A stretch of DNA of 64,000 nucleotides from a virus. Each line of letters begins with the position of its first letter. Within the stretch, counting starts at the first letter, position 1. The stretch is taken from IMG/VR virus record IMGVR_UViG_3300018080_006015, positions 32,001-96,000 of that record. One strand, given 5' to 3'. The position numbers and the translations under genes are program-made. Below are positions 18,845 through 28,116 of the stretch, piece by piece. The notes under the pieces were generated by a model. That model saw only the letters and a list, made by a program, of their open reading frames with translations, made no database searches and had not been told where the DNA came from.

Positions 18845-20380
18845 ATGATGACTGATATGCATGATATTGCTAGTTTTGATGTTGAAGCTTCAGAAGATGA
18901 TGATATTCGCGTAGAAAGGCAGGATCTTAGACTGCTAAAAGCAATTGTTACAGATAAAACGGTAGCTAGAGAGTTCGTCAGTACATTTGATTATACTTTA
19001 TTTATGTATGATGCCAAGCCATTTGCTAAGTTGGCTATGGATCATATAAAAGCATATAAATCGCCACCAACTAGACGTACAATGCTAGAGTCTGCCTCGG
19101 GCCCTAATGAGCTAAAGGAAAAATTAAATCTTATTTGGGATCAATTAGATGAGGCTGAGTTTAATAGAGATGAATTCGAATATGATCTTGAAAAAGTAAA
19201 ATCTAGATATACAAAAACAGAAATATTAAGCCTTAAAGATAGTTTAGATAATTTTGATTTTGATAACGCCAATCATGAGCGCATTATCAGACAAATACGC
19301 AATAAAGTAGACCTGGCAGATACTGTAAGGCGGGGTCAAAGGCAAGTATATGTTCAAAAAACTATGAAGGATTATATGCCCGAGTTTTTTGAAGAATATA
19401 AGAGAAAGGCTGAGGATCCTGACATTGATGCGGGTATTAATACTGGTTATTCATATTTAGACTATGCTACTGGTGGTTTGCGAAACGCTCAAATGTTGAT
19501 AATTGCAGCAGAATCAAGCGCTGGAAAATCAATGTTACTGAATAATATGGCTATTCAGATTTGGATGCAGAAAAACACCGTATATACAAACAAAGAACAT
19601 TTTGGTAAGGGCTATAATATATTGTATTTTTCTTTAGAGATGCCATTCAAAGCCTGTGTAAGAAGATCTATTGCTAGATTGTCTGAACTTCCGATTTATG
19701 GCATTAGAGATTGTAATATTAAATCAGAATATATTAAAAACTTAAATCGCGCAGTTAATTTTATTAATCAATATCCGTATCATTTTGAGGTTGTTGATAT
19801 TCCTCGCGGTGTTACTGTTGAGCAAATTGAGGCGCGATATGACGAAGCTGTTTCCAATGGTCGTAAGCCTGATGTTGTGGTTGTAGATTATTTGGGATTA
19901 ATGGAGTGTAATGATATAGATGGCGATGATTGGCTTAGATTAGGATATATTTCTGCAAAGTTACATGAATTTGCTCGTGCTTATGATACAATTGTTTTAA
20001 CGGCGGTGCAGCTAAATAGACCCGGAAAAACAATTAAAGACTCTGCCGATCTTATTGGTATGCATAGAATTGGGCGCTCCTCATTAATTATTCATCATGC
20101 GGATATTGGTATACAGATTGAATCGAGAAAAGGTGAAAAAAACTTTCCAGACATGGTGTATCATATTATTAAAAATAGAGACGGTGAGCTTGGAAAACAT
20201 GTATTAAGTAAAAAGTTTTATATGGCTACTATTAAAGATATGGATGAGCCGTATAAACCACCAGAAGGCGATGGTATAGGCTCTTTTATTACAGCTAATG
20301 CCGAAGAAGATATTTCTACGGCACTTCAAAAATATGATTGGTATGGTAAAAAAGAGGATGACGATGGATCCGAAAAATAA
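18845..20380 (+). CDS. dnaB: DnaB-like replicative helicase (SF4)
   Basis: INTGYSYLDYATGGL, AAESSAGKS, YFSLEM, VVVDYLGLM, TAVQLNR, HAD, KNRDG. Confidence 0.9.
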   Translation: MMTDMHDIASFDVEASEDDDIRVERQDLRLLKAIVTDKTVAREFVSTFDYTLFMYDAKPFAKLAMDHIKAYKSPPTRRTMLESASGPNELKEKLNLIWDQLDEAEFNRDEFEYDLEKVKSRYTKTEILSLKDSLDNFDFDNANHERIIRQIRNKVDLADTVRRGQRQVYVQKTMKDYMPEFFEEYKRKAEDPDIDAGINTGYSYLDYATGGLRNAQMLIIAAESSAGKSMLLNNMAIQIWMQKNTVYTNKEHFGKGYNILYFSLEMPFKACVRRSIARLSELPIYGIRDCNIKSEYIKNLNRAVNFINQYPYHFEVVDIPRGVTVEQIEARYDEAVSNGRKPDVVVVDYLGLMECNDIDGDDWLRLGYISAKLHEFARAYDTIVLTAVQLNRPGKTIKDSADLIGMHRIGRSSLIIHHADIGIQIESRKGEKNFPDMVYHIIKNRDGELGKHVLSKKFYMATIKDMDEPYKPPEGDGIGSFITANAEEDISTALQKYDWYGKKEDDDGSEK

Positions 20381-20564
20381 ATATAATGTTGTTGCGAAAG
20401 CCGTTAGAATAGAACATGTCCAACAAGAAGATCGTGTCTTTATTGTGTTTGAGGTTATTGATGAAAAATTTAAAAAACGCATAAAAGAAGATTGGACACA
20501 GGATATAGATCTAAAAGTAGTGGATAAGAAACTTGTCGAATTTACAGATGATACAGAGGAATAA
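20364..20564 (+). CDS. Small hypothetical protein
   Basis: MDPKNKYNVV... after a GAGG SD; overlaps the dnaB 3' end. Confidence 0.6.
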   Translation: MDPKNKYNVVAKAVRIEHVQQEDRVFIVFEVIDEKFKKRIKEDWTQDIDLKVVDKKLVEFTDDTEE

Positions 20565-20566
20565 TT

Positions 20567-20887
20567 ATGCCCACATACGAACACATATGCACACACTGTA
20601 GTTATGAGTGGGAGGAATTTTATAGCATCAAGGCAGATCCTCCTACGGTATGTCCCAAGTGCAAAACAGAGGGAAAAGTAAAGCGTTTAATTTCTGGCGG
20701 ATCTGGAAAAGGTATAGTAACATTAACTGGGCATGAGCTTAATGCTAAAATTAAGTCTGATGCAAAGAAGCTAAAAAGAGCAGCCGGTAAAAACGAAAAA
20801 ATGCTTGCAAATTTAGTAGGCGAGGAAAGATATCATCAAAATAAATTATTGCAAAGCGAAATAAAGAAAGATTTGAAAAATAAATAA
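20567..20887 (+). CDS. FmdB-family zinc-ribbon protein
   Basis: MPTYEHICTHC...CPKC...VKRLIS matches the CxxC_CxxC_SSSS pattern. Confidence 0.85.
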   Translation: MPTYEHICTHCSYEWEEFYSIKADPPTVCPKCKTEGKVKRLISGGSGKGIVTLTGHELNAKIKSDAKKLKRAAGKNEKMLANLVGEERYHQNKLLQSEIKKDLKNK

Positions 20888-20888
20888 T

Positions 20889-21038
20889 ATGGCCCAGCGA
20901 ATAACCATAGATTATTTAATTAGAATTTTGAAAGTATTATTAAAAATTGATAATATTGAAATATTGAAATTAACTATAGAATCTATTATCGAGGAATTAG
21001 AAGAAAAGAAAACAAATAATGGTTATCAAGACATTTAG
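20889..21038 (+). CDS. Small amphipathic-helix protein (49 aa)
   Basis: Not in the track; MAQRITIDYLIRILKVLLKIDNIEILKLTIESIIEELEEKKTNNGYQDI* fills the gap between the FmdB-like and sigma genes. Confidence 0.55.
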   Translation: MAQRITIDYLIRILKVLLKIDNIEILKLTIESIIEELEEKKTNNGYQDI

Positions 21039-21055
21039 TTTATGAAAGGATAACT

Positions 21056-21700
21056 ATGAAATGTTTAGTCAAGGAAGAACTAGATTCTTTGTCACATGAT
21101 TATATTTGCTTTAAGAGGGTTGTTGAAAAGTTTGATTCAAAAGAATTACGCAAAGTTTTTTTAACATATCAGAAGTCTTGTATTAAGAAATTGGAATATT
21201 TGGTTTTTATGAAAACTTATAAATATAAGTCATTTCCAAATTATTTTGATTTACGGCAAGAAGCTTTTGAGGCTCTTTTGTTGGCGTTTAATACATACGA
21301 TCCTAACAAGGGATCTTTTACGTGGTGGGCAAATCAGTATATTAAAACAAGGGTGTCGAGGGCAGCCAATGCGCACTCTACTATAAGGTTTCCGCTTCAC
21401 AAAACAAAGGAAATGACACCATATAAAACCAATAAAATGCCGATCATGGTCGATAAGCGGCCAGATCCTTTGCAATTAGCCGAATCTTCTGAAGATAGCC
21501 AAAACATACAAGAGGCAATAAAATCATTACCAGAAAAACATCAGGCTGTAGTTAATATGACGTTTGGTTGTAATAATGTTAGACAACAATCGATTAACAA
21601 TATACTTGGAATATTAGATTTGACAAGATCTCAATACATAAAAATATTAAAAGAATCAAAATATAAAATAAAAGAACACATTTTACACTTAGAGAGATAG
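21056..21700 (+). CDS. Sigma-70-family RNA polymerase sigma factor (regions 2 and 4)
   Basis: DLRQEAFEALLLAFNTYDPNKGSFTWWANQYIK (regions 2.2-2.4), IRFP, AIKSLPEKHQAVVNMTFG (region 4.1). Confidence 0.85.
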   Translation: MKCLVKEELDSLSHDYICFKRVVEKFDSKELRKVFLTYQKSCIKKLEYLVFMKTYKYKSFPNYFDLRQEAFEALLLAFNTYDPNKGSFTWWANQYIKTRVSRAANAHSTIRFPLHKTKEMTPYKTNKMPIMVDKRPDPLQLAESSEDSQNIQEAIKSLPEKHQAVVNMTFGCNNVRQQSINNILGILDLTRSQYIKILKESKYKIKEHILHLER

Positions 21701-21712
21701 ATAAGCTTAAGG

Positions 21713-24700
21713 ATGATAAGAATGGGAGATAAGACATATACGTACGACGAAGCTATGGCGCGTTCTACAGAATATTTTCATGGCGACTCTTTTGTTGCCA
21801 GTGTATTTGTTGATAAATATGCGCTAAAAGATAGTTATGATAATATTTATGAAATAAGTCCTGTTGATATGCATAAAAGACTCGCCACGGAGTTTGCAAG
21901 AATAGATTCGGATAAATACGGGTTAGATTTTAATGAAAGATATGAGGTATATTTTTCTGCATTAGATAAATTCGCGAGAATTGTTCCAAGTGGTGGTGTA
22001 ATGTCTGCCGTTGGTAATAATTTTCAGTATATGTCTGCTTCCAATTGCGTTGTTGTTGAGCCTCCTAAGGACAGTATTGGTGGAATTTTTGATACTGCCA
22101 AAGCGCTTGCGCAATTATATAAGAGACGTGCAGGGGTCGGAACTGATTTATCTACACTAAGACCTGAAAAAGCTGCAGTAACTAATGCTGCTAAAACGTC
22201 TAGTGGTGCATGGTCTTTTGCTGATTTGTATTCAAGTGTTACTGGAATGATCTGCCAGTCAGGTCGCAGAGGAGCGCTTCTATTATCATTAGATGTTCAT
22301 CATCCTGATGTTTTACAATTTGCACGTATGAAATCTGATCGAACCAAAGTTACAAATGCTAATGTTTCTGTGCGTTTAAGTAATGAGTTTTTAAATGCTG
22401 TAGAAAAAAACATCGAATACGAACAACGCTGGCCGTGCGATGGAAAACCAAAAATATCTAAAATGGTAGATGCAAGAACAGTGTGGAAAGAAATTGCCAC
22501 GAGGGCAGCAGAAGATGGCGATCCTGGAATAATGTTTTGGGATAATGTCTGTGATTATCTACCAGCTCACTGTTATGAACAATTTCGCACAGTTAGCAGC
22601 AATCCCTGTGGTGAAATTAATTTAAGCAGTTATGATTCTTGTCGCTTAATATCAATTAATTTAACAGCTTATGTTAAAAATCCGTTTAAAGATAATGCAT
22701 CATTTGATTTTAAATCATTTTCCGAGGATGTAAAAATCGGAATGCAAATGATTGATAATTTGATTGATCTTGAGTTGGAATTAATTGATCGTATAAAAAC
22801 TATTTGTGACGAAGGGTTTGAAACCGAAATTTGGAATAAGCTTCAAAAATCTGGAGAATTGGGTCGTAGAACAGGCCTAGGAACTCATGGCTTGGCAGAT
22901 GCGCTGGTTCAACTTGGTATTAAATATGACTCAGATGAAGCTTTAAATGCTGTAGATAAAATTTATAAGGCATTAAGAGATAACGCATATCAGATGTCTG
23001 TAGATTTGGCAAAAGTTCGTGGTCCGTTTCCTATTTTTGACTGGGAAAAAGAAAAAAATAACAAATTTATTAAACGATTACCCAGGAAAATTCTTAAGGA
23101 TATGGAAAAATATGGTAGAAGAAATATTTCTTTATTGACGCAGGCGCCTACTGGATCTGTTGCTATAGTTAGTAAGCTTGGCGGATTTGATGCATATAAT
23201 ATTTCATCAGGAATTGAGCCAATATTTCAGATTTCCTATATAAGAAAACGAAAAGTAGATGCTACCAGTGATAATATTGATCATTATGATGAGCAGGGTA
23301 ATGCGTGGAAAAAATATAAAGTATTTCACTCTAATGCAAAGTGTTATTTGGACATGTTTGGTATAAAAGATGATGCTTTACCAGATTATTTTGTAACATC
23401 AGATAATATTGATTGGAAAAAACGTGTAGAAATTCAAGGTGTAGAACAAAAATACATTTGTCATAGTATTAGTTCATGTCTATCCGTTGGTAATCATTTG
23501 GTACATACATCGGATGGTCTATCTTATATAGAAGATATTGTAGGGAAAAGATCAGAGAAGGGGTTTTATAATTTAGCTGAAAGCACAAATACTATTAATC
23601 ACGAAAACCAGCAGGCTAATATTTCTGAGGGCTTTTATAATGGCAAAAGTTATTGTTATCAGATTTCTTTTACTGGTGGCAGGAAAATTATAGGAACTCC
23701 AAATCATAAATTACTTATATTAGGAAATAATCTTGGGACTTTTCGATGGGCTCAGTTGGAGGATATAAAGCCTGGCGATTTTGTAGTTGGAAGAATTGGC
23801 CTGGGTTGTTTTGGGAATAGTCAAAAACATTTTTCTACTACATTGGGGAATTTCAAATCTAGTATTTCTGGAGGAAATACAAAAAAGGTTAAATTACCCA
23901 ATAGAATGAGTAAAAAATTAGCTAGGTTACTTGGGTATTTGACTTCTGACGGATCTGTATCTGATAATGGTATTCGGTTATCACAGTTGCGTAATAATGT
24001 GGTGGATGATTTTATAAATATCATAAAAGATATATTTGGTATTGAATGTTATGTGTGTCCAGACAATCGTGTGGAAGGATTGGTTTCTGTTCAGGTTAAT
24101 AGTCGTATTGTTCGTGATTTTGTGCGTTACTTAGGAATAAACGGTAAAGCTCATGAAAAAACTGTTCCCAGATCTATTTTTAAATGCGCTGGTAGACAGC
24201 AAACAGCTGAATTTATTAAGGGATTAACGTTGGATGGATTTGTGTCATGTAAAAAATTAGGTATAATGACATCTTCTAGTAAGCAGTTGTGTGCGGAGAT
24301 TCAAATTATTTTAGATCAGTTTGGAATTGATTCTGGTATTGTCAAGGTAAATAAAGAAGGAACAATAAGAGAGTTTCCCGGTGGTAATAAATATGCTACA
24401 AAGGATGCGTGGACTGTTTATTGTGGCATGAATGAATCTCAAAAATTTATAGAAAAGATAGGCTTTGCTGAAGACCGAAAAATAGATGAGGCGACAAAAA
24501 AACTTAGAGGACCATCTAGGAAATCTTTGGTAGGTCATATTCCTGATTTGAATGTTAGAAATGTATTTAGAAAGAATATTCTTCCGTCAATAAAATCAAA
24601 CAAATTGTATGAAATGTTTTATTCAATGACATGTTATAATAAACAAGGTATGGATATTACAAGAGATACATTGTTAATGTTATGTGATATGGGTTTAGAT

Positions 24701-25525
24701 GTGTCAAAATATAAATCTGAAATATTTGATGAGACTTTTGTTTTTAGAAAAGTTGTTAGCTCTGATTTTGTGTGGGAAAAAGATACGTATGATTTATCAG
24801 TTGAACATGGCCGCTCTTATGTTGTTAATAATTTTGTATCTCATAATACAATAAATTTGCCGAGAAACACAAAACCACAGGTAATTGCTGATATTTATTG
24901 GTATGCGTGGAAAAATAATTTAAAAGGAATTACCGTGTATGTAGAGGGAACAAAAGATGGTGTTCTTGTTCCAGATGTTGATGAATGTGGAAGGCCATTG
25001 AAGATTATTCCCTCAAATGCTCCTAAAAGGCCCAAAGAGTTAAATTGTGAAATTCATTACGCAACAATTAAGGGAACAAAATGGGCAATTTTGATAGGAT
25101 TACTGCATAATTACCCATATGAGATGTTCATGGGGAAAGCGGAAAAATTCGATATTCCCAATAAATTCAAGGAAGCAAAAATTGTAAAAATTAAAAAGGG
25201 AGTATATAATTTATTAACAAATAGCAATGAATTGTTGGTAGGTGATATAGTTAAAACATCTGACAATGATGATGGAGCATGGACATCTAGAGTTATGTCC
25301 ATGGCATTAAGACATGGTATTCCTGTTGATTATTTGGCAGATCAATTATCAAAGGATGGTAGTGTTGTAGATATAAATAATGTATTAGCCAGGCTTTTAA
25401 GAAGATATATAAAGGTAAGAGATAAGAGTCGCCAGGAAACATGTCCGCAATGTGGTAGTCCTGAACTTATTTATTCCGAAGGTTGTAAAAAGTGTGGTGG
25501 TTGTGGTTGGACAGGATGTGGCTAA
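21713..25525 (+). CDS. nrdJ: Class II (B12-dependent) ribonucleotide reductase, intein-containing, with C-terminal TSCPD-like domain and Zn ribbon
   Basis: SNCVV, GVGTDLSTLRP, QSGRRGA, NANVSV, NPCGEI, CRLISINL, RRTGLG, APTGS, SSGIEP, TINLP, KGITVY; C-terminal CPQC...GCKKCGGCGWTGCG. No NrdB gene adjacent. Confidence 0.93.
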   Translation: MIRMGDKTYTYDEAMARSTEYFHGDSFVASVFVDKYALKDSYDNIYEISPVDMHKRLATEFARIDSDKYGLDFNERYEVYFSALDKFARIVPSGGVMSAVGNNFQYMSASNCVVVEPPKDSIGGIFDTAKALAQLYKRRAGVGTDLSTLRPEKAAVTNAAKTSSGAWSFADLYSSVTGMICQSGRRGALLLSLDVHHPDVLQFARMKSDRTKVTNANVSVRLSNEFLNAVEKNIEYEQRWPCDGKPKISKMVDARTVWKEIATRAAEDGDPGIMFWDNVCDYLPAHCYEQFRTVSSNPCGEINLSSYDSCRLISINLTAYVKNPFKDNASFDFKSFSEDVKIGMQMIDNLIDLELELIDRIKTICDEGFETEIWNKLQKSGELGRRTGLGTHGLADALVQLGIKYDSDEALNAVDKIYKALRDNAYQMSVDLAKVRGPFPIFDWEKEKNNKFIKRLPRKILKDMEKYGRRNISLLTQAPTGSVAIVSKLGGFDAYNISSGIEPIFQISYIRKRKVDATSDNIDHYDEQGNAWKKYKVFHSNAKCYLDMFGIKDDALPDYFVTSDNIDWKKRVEIQGVEQKYICHSISSCLSVGNHLVHTSDGLSYIEDIVGKRSEKGFYNLAESTNTINHENQQANISEGFYNGKSYCYQISFTGGRKIIGTPNHKLLILGNNLGTFRWAQLEDIKPGDFVVGRIGLGCFGNSQKHFSTTLGNFKSSISGGNTKKVKLPNRMSKKLARLLGYLTSDGSVSDNGIRLSQLRNNVVDDFINIIKDIFGIECYVCPDNRVEGLVSVQVNSRIVRDFVRYLGINGKAHEKTVPRSIFKCAGRQQTAEFIKGLTLDGFVSCKKLGIMTSSSKQLCAEIQIILDQFGIDSGIVKVNKEGTIREFPGGNKYATKDAWTVYCGMNESQKFIEKIGFAEDRKIDEATKKLRGPSRKSLVGHIPDLNVRNVFRKNILPSIKSNKLYEMFYSMTCYNKQGMDITRDTLLMLCDMGLDVSKYKSEIFDETFVFRKVVSSDFVWEKDTYDLSVEHGRSYVVNNFVSHNTINLPRNTKPQVIADIYWYAWKNNLKGITVYVEGTKDGVLVPDVDECGRPLKIIPSNAPKRPKELNCEIHYATIKGTKWAILIGLLHNYPYEMFMGKAEKFDIPNKFKEAKIVKIKKGVYNLLTNSNELLVGDIVKTSDNDDGAWTSRVMSMALRHGIPVDYLADQLSKDGSVVDINNVLARLLRRYIKVRDKSRQETCPQCGSPELIYSEGCKKCGGCGWTGCG
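23477..24847 (+). mobile_element. Intein (457 aa) with LAGLIDADG homing endonuclease in nrdJ
   Basis: Splits the SISS|TINLP motif. Begins CLSVG, block B GTPNHKL, LAGLIDADG-like LLGYLTSDG and FIKGLTLDG, block F TYDLSV, ends VSHN with Thr at +1. Confidence 0.95.
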
Positions 25526-25555
25526 TTTTTTTGTTAAATAAATAAAAAAAAGTTA

Positions 25556-25930
25556 ATGAAGAGTGTTATATTAGCTAACAGGGATACATGTCGTATTGTC
25601 GAAGAGGAGGCAAAATACGAATTTACCATACATATTTTAGAAAGTATGGGTATCCCTGAGGACGTGTTGGAAGAATGTTTTCCAGAAGGTGGTTTTAATG
25701 ATTTTTCTGTAAATCATAAAATTAAACTTAGAGATATATTAAGAAAATTTGATATAACTATATTGGGAAATGGTGATGGGGGATTTAAGATATACGTTGA
25801 TAAAGAGGTTGTGGCTGAATGGAAAAAAAGTATTTATTATCTAAAAAAAGATATGTCAAAACTTAAACCATCAGACCAATTGTATGTAGAAGTCCATGTC
25901 GAATATTGGACTATTTTTGAGGAGGAATAA
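25556..25930 (+). CDS. Hypothetical protein
   Basis: 124-aa co-oriented ORF, closely packed. Confidence 0.7.
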   Translation: MKSVILANRDTCRIVEEEAKYEFTIHILESMGIPEDVLEECFPEGGFNDFSVNHKIKLRDILRKFDITILGNGDGGFKIYVDKEVVAEWKKSIYYLKKDMSKLKPSDQLYVEVHVEYWTIFEEE

Positions 25931-25931
25931 T

Positions 25932-26237
25932 ATGGATAAAGATAATGTAACCGAAGAAACAAAAACAGAAGAGACCGAAACAGAAGCGGTTGTTGAAGAA
26001 AAAGCACGATTTGTGTCTAGCGAAGACCTTGAAAAGATTCGTAATGCTAGAGCAAATCTTGGATTTATGACAATGCAGCTTGAAAAGGTAACTACCGATA
26101 AGCGTAGCGCTGAATTGGTATACGAGAACCTTATGCTTCGTGTTTATATGAAGTATGGTCTTGGAGAGATGCATTTTGTGAATGAGGAAACTGGTGAAAT
26201 TCAGGTGCGTAAAGTAGTAGAGGATCAAACGGGATAA
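25932..26237 (+). CDS. Hypothetical acidic coiled-coil protein
   Basis: Strong SD GGAGG before ATG 25932. Confidence 0.7.
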   Translation: MDKDNVTEETKTEETETEAVVEEKARFVSSEDLEKIRNARANLGFMTMQLEKVTTDKRSAELVYENLMLRVYMKYGLGEMHFVNEETGEIQVRKVVEDQTG

Positions 26238-26243
26238 TCAATT

Positions 26244-26522
26244 ATGAAGCACACTATAAATGATTTGGCTGATATGGTAGTAGTACGTAATCATTTGCAA
26301 TTATTGGCAAATGGGCCTCGTGGTGGTCCCGTAAGTAGAGATGAAGAAAAGGCTATTCGGGAATTTATAGAAAAACTAGATCGCAATATAATTAATTGCG
26401 CACTTAGTGATAAGTGTCTTTGTGGCGGATCTGGTTGTTGTAAAAAGTCAGCAAAAAAGAAAACAACAAAGAAAACGACTACAAAAGTTGTTAGGAAAAG
26501 CCAAGATAACGCCGATGAATAA
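26244..26522 (+). CDS. Hypothetical protein with a Cys cluster and Lys/Thr-rich tail
   Basis: CLCGGSGCCKKSAKKKTTKKTTTK. Confidence 0.65.
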   Translation: MKHTINDLADMVVVRNHLQLLANGPRGGPVSRDEEKAIREFIEKLDRNIINCALSDKCLCGGSGCCKKSAKKKTTKKTTTKVVRKSQDNADE

Positions 26523-27306
26523 AGACAGATTTGCTGAGAACCAATTTATTGTATTAAAAGACGATAAGTGGTTAGAAAGACAGCGATATGCCGGCTCGGT
26601 TGTGGCGAAGTGTTTATATCAAGCAAGACAAATGATAGAGCAAAAAACTCCTAATTTGTCATTAAAAGATATTGAGCATGAGTGTGTTAAAATAATAAAA
26701 GACAAAGATTGTTATCCTACCTTCTTGAATTATAAGGGGTTTCCCGGGGCTATATGTGCGTCTGTTAACAAGCAATTAGTCCACGGGATTCCCTCTAATT
26801 ATAAATTAAAAAATGGTGATATTGTAAAAATTGATATTGGCGCTACTTTTGAAGGTGCTATAGGAGATGCTGCAATAACTGTTATTTATGGCGATCCCAT
26901 TTTATCTAAACATACAGAAATGATTGAAGTTTGTAAAAAATCATTATATTTGGCAATATCATCTATTGAAGTTGGAAAAAGGTTGGGCATAATCGGCGAA
27001 ACTATAGATAAATATGTAAAATCATCGGGTTTTAAGCTGATAGCCTCATATGGTGGTCATGGAATTTCATACAATACCCCACATGCGCAACCTTTTGTAT
27101 CGAATCGTGCAAATAAAGATAGTGGCGTTAGAATACAGCCGGGAATGTCTATTACTATAGAACCAATGGTAACTATTGGTAGTGACAAGACAAAAGTAGA
27201 ACGAGATGGTTGGACAGTTACTACAAAAGATGTATCCTCACATTTTGAGCACTCTTTATTTATACGTGAAGATTCAGTAGAAATTCTTACTAAATTGGAA
27301 AATTAA
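26515..27306 (+). CDS. map: Type I methionine aminopeptidase
   Basis: FLNYKGFPGAICASVN..VHGIP, IDIG, GDAA, GGHGI, IEPM, SHFEHS: all five metal ligands present. Confidence 0.95.
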   Translation: MNKDRFAENQFIVLKDDKWLERQRYAGSVVAKCLYQARQMIEQKTPNLSLKDIEHECVKIIKDKDCYPTFLNYKGFPGAICASVNKQLVHGIPSNYKLKNGDIVKIDIGATFEGAIGDAAITVIYGDPILSKHTEMIEVCKKSLYLAISSIEVGKRLGIIGETIDKYVKSSGFKLIASYGGHGISYNTPHAQPFVSNRANKDSGVRIQPGMSITIEPMVTIGSDKTKVERDGWTVTTKDVSSHFEHSLFIREDSVEILTKLEN

Positions 27307-27307
27307 A

Positions 27308-27484
27308 ATGAGAATAGAATTCGATGAAAAAGGTAATAATTTTATTGAAATAAGGGAAGTGGGGGAGAATATCGCTGTAATATTATCTTCTCAAGACGGA
27401 AATAATATTTCAAAAACAATTGTAAATTCGGTATATTTAACAAAGGAGCAATTTTCGAATATTATTAAAGAGCTAGGGTTATAA
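27308..27484 (+). CDS. Small hypothetical protein (58 aa)
   Basis: Not in the track; MRIEFDEKGNNFIEIREVGENIAVILSSQDG...KELGL* starts 1 nt after the map stop. Confidence 0.6.
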   Translation: MRIEFDEKGNNFIEIREVGENIAVILSSQDGNNISKTIVNSVYLTKEQFSNIIKELGL

Positions 27485-27501
27485 TCAGATTTTATCTATT
27501 T

Positions 27502-27527
27502 GTCGAGTAGTAATGTTTAAGTTATAT
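27502..27527 (+). promoter_or_regulatory. Candidate promoter GTCGAG-N13-GTTATAT
   Basis: Intergenic, upstream of 27590; similar to the other three motif copies but with a shorter spacer. Confidence 0.25.
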
Positions 27528-27589
27528 TGTGTTGTAATCGTGTAACTAGTACAAATTATAGGAGAAATTAAAATTGTAGGAGAATATTT

Positions 27590-27925
27590 ATGAAAGCCAG
27601 ACTAAATAAAGTAAAAGTTGATATTTTAGTTAATAGAATAAATAGGCGTAAGCTTACAAATAATACTCAGCGCGCATTGTTGTCATTGTTGATTCGTAAG
27701 GGACAATGGATGTCAAGAACTACGTTACGTATGCCAAATGTAGGTTCTCGTATTCGTGATCTGCGAAAATCAGAGTTTGGCGCCTTTAAAGTAGATTGTG
27801 TAAATGCAAATAAACTTAGTCGTAAGCGAGGAAGTAAGATTACGACACGTCCAACTTATTATAGGTTGGATCCTAAATCAATAACACTAAAGGCCTTAAA
27901 ACGAGCGTTTAAGGGGGTGATATAG
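27590..27925 (+). CDS. Basic winged-helix/HTH DNA-binding protein
   Basis: Highly Arg/Lys-rich; GQWMS...NVGSRIRDLRK..FG...YRL winged-HTH pattern; SD GGAG. Confidence 0.65.
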   Translation: MKARLNKVKVDILVNRINRRKLTNNTQRALLSLLIRKGQWMSRTTLRMPNVGSRIRDLRKSEFGAFKVDCVNANKLSRKRGSKITTRPTYYRLDPKSITLKALKRAFKGVI

Positions 27926-27960
27926 AGACTAAAATTAATATTTAGCAGACCGTTGTGTAT

Positions 27961-28000
27961 AAAACCCGGTGACGATTTCGTCACCGGGTTTTTTGTTTTT
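27961..28000 (+). terminator. Intrinsic (probably bidirectional) terminator
   Basis: Perfect inverted repeat aaaacccggtgacg-attt-cgtcaccgggtttt followed by ttgttttt; lies at the boundary between the replication and structural blocks. Confidence 0.9.
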
Positions 28001-28116
28001 ACACAACCCGTGTTTCCATTATCTAATTATTTTTACAGGCATATTTGAGCATACTTGTGAGATCGTACAGAAATACCTGTAATATATGTTTTTTAACAAC
28101 AAAGTAAAGCTGAAAT

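Noticed and set aside
3815-26514. Longest-ORF starts given in the track (3815, 6981, 11011, 16789, 20298, 25896, 26407)
   Set aside because: They extend into upstream genes or promoter regions; downstream ATGs with SD motifs or stop-start coupling fit better.
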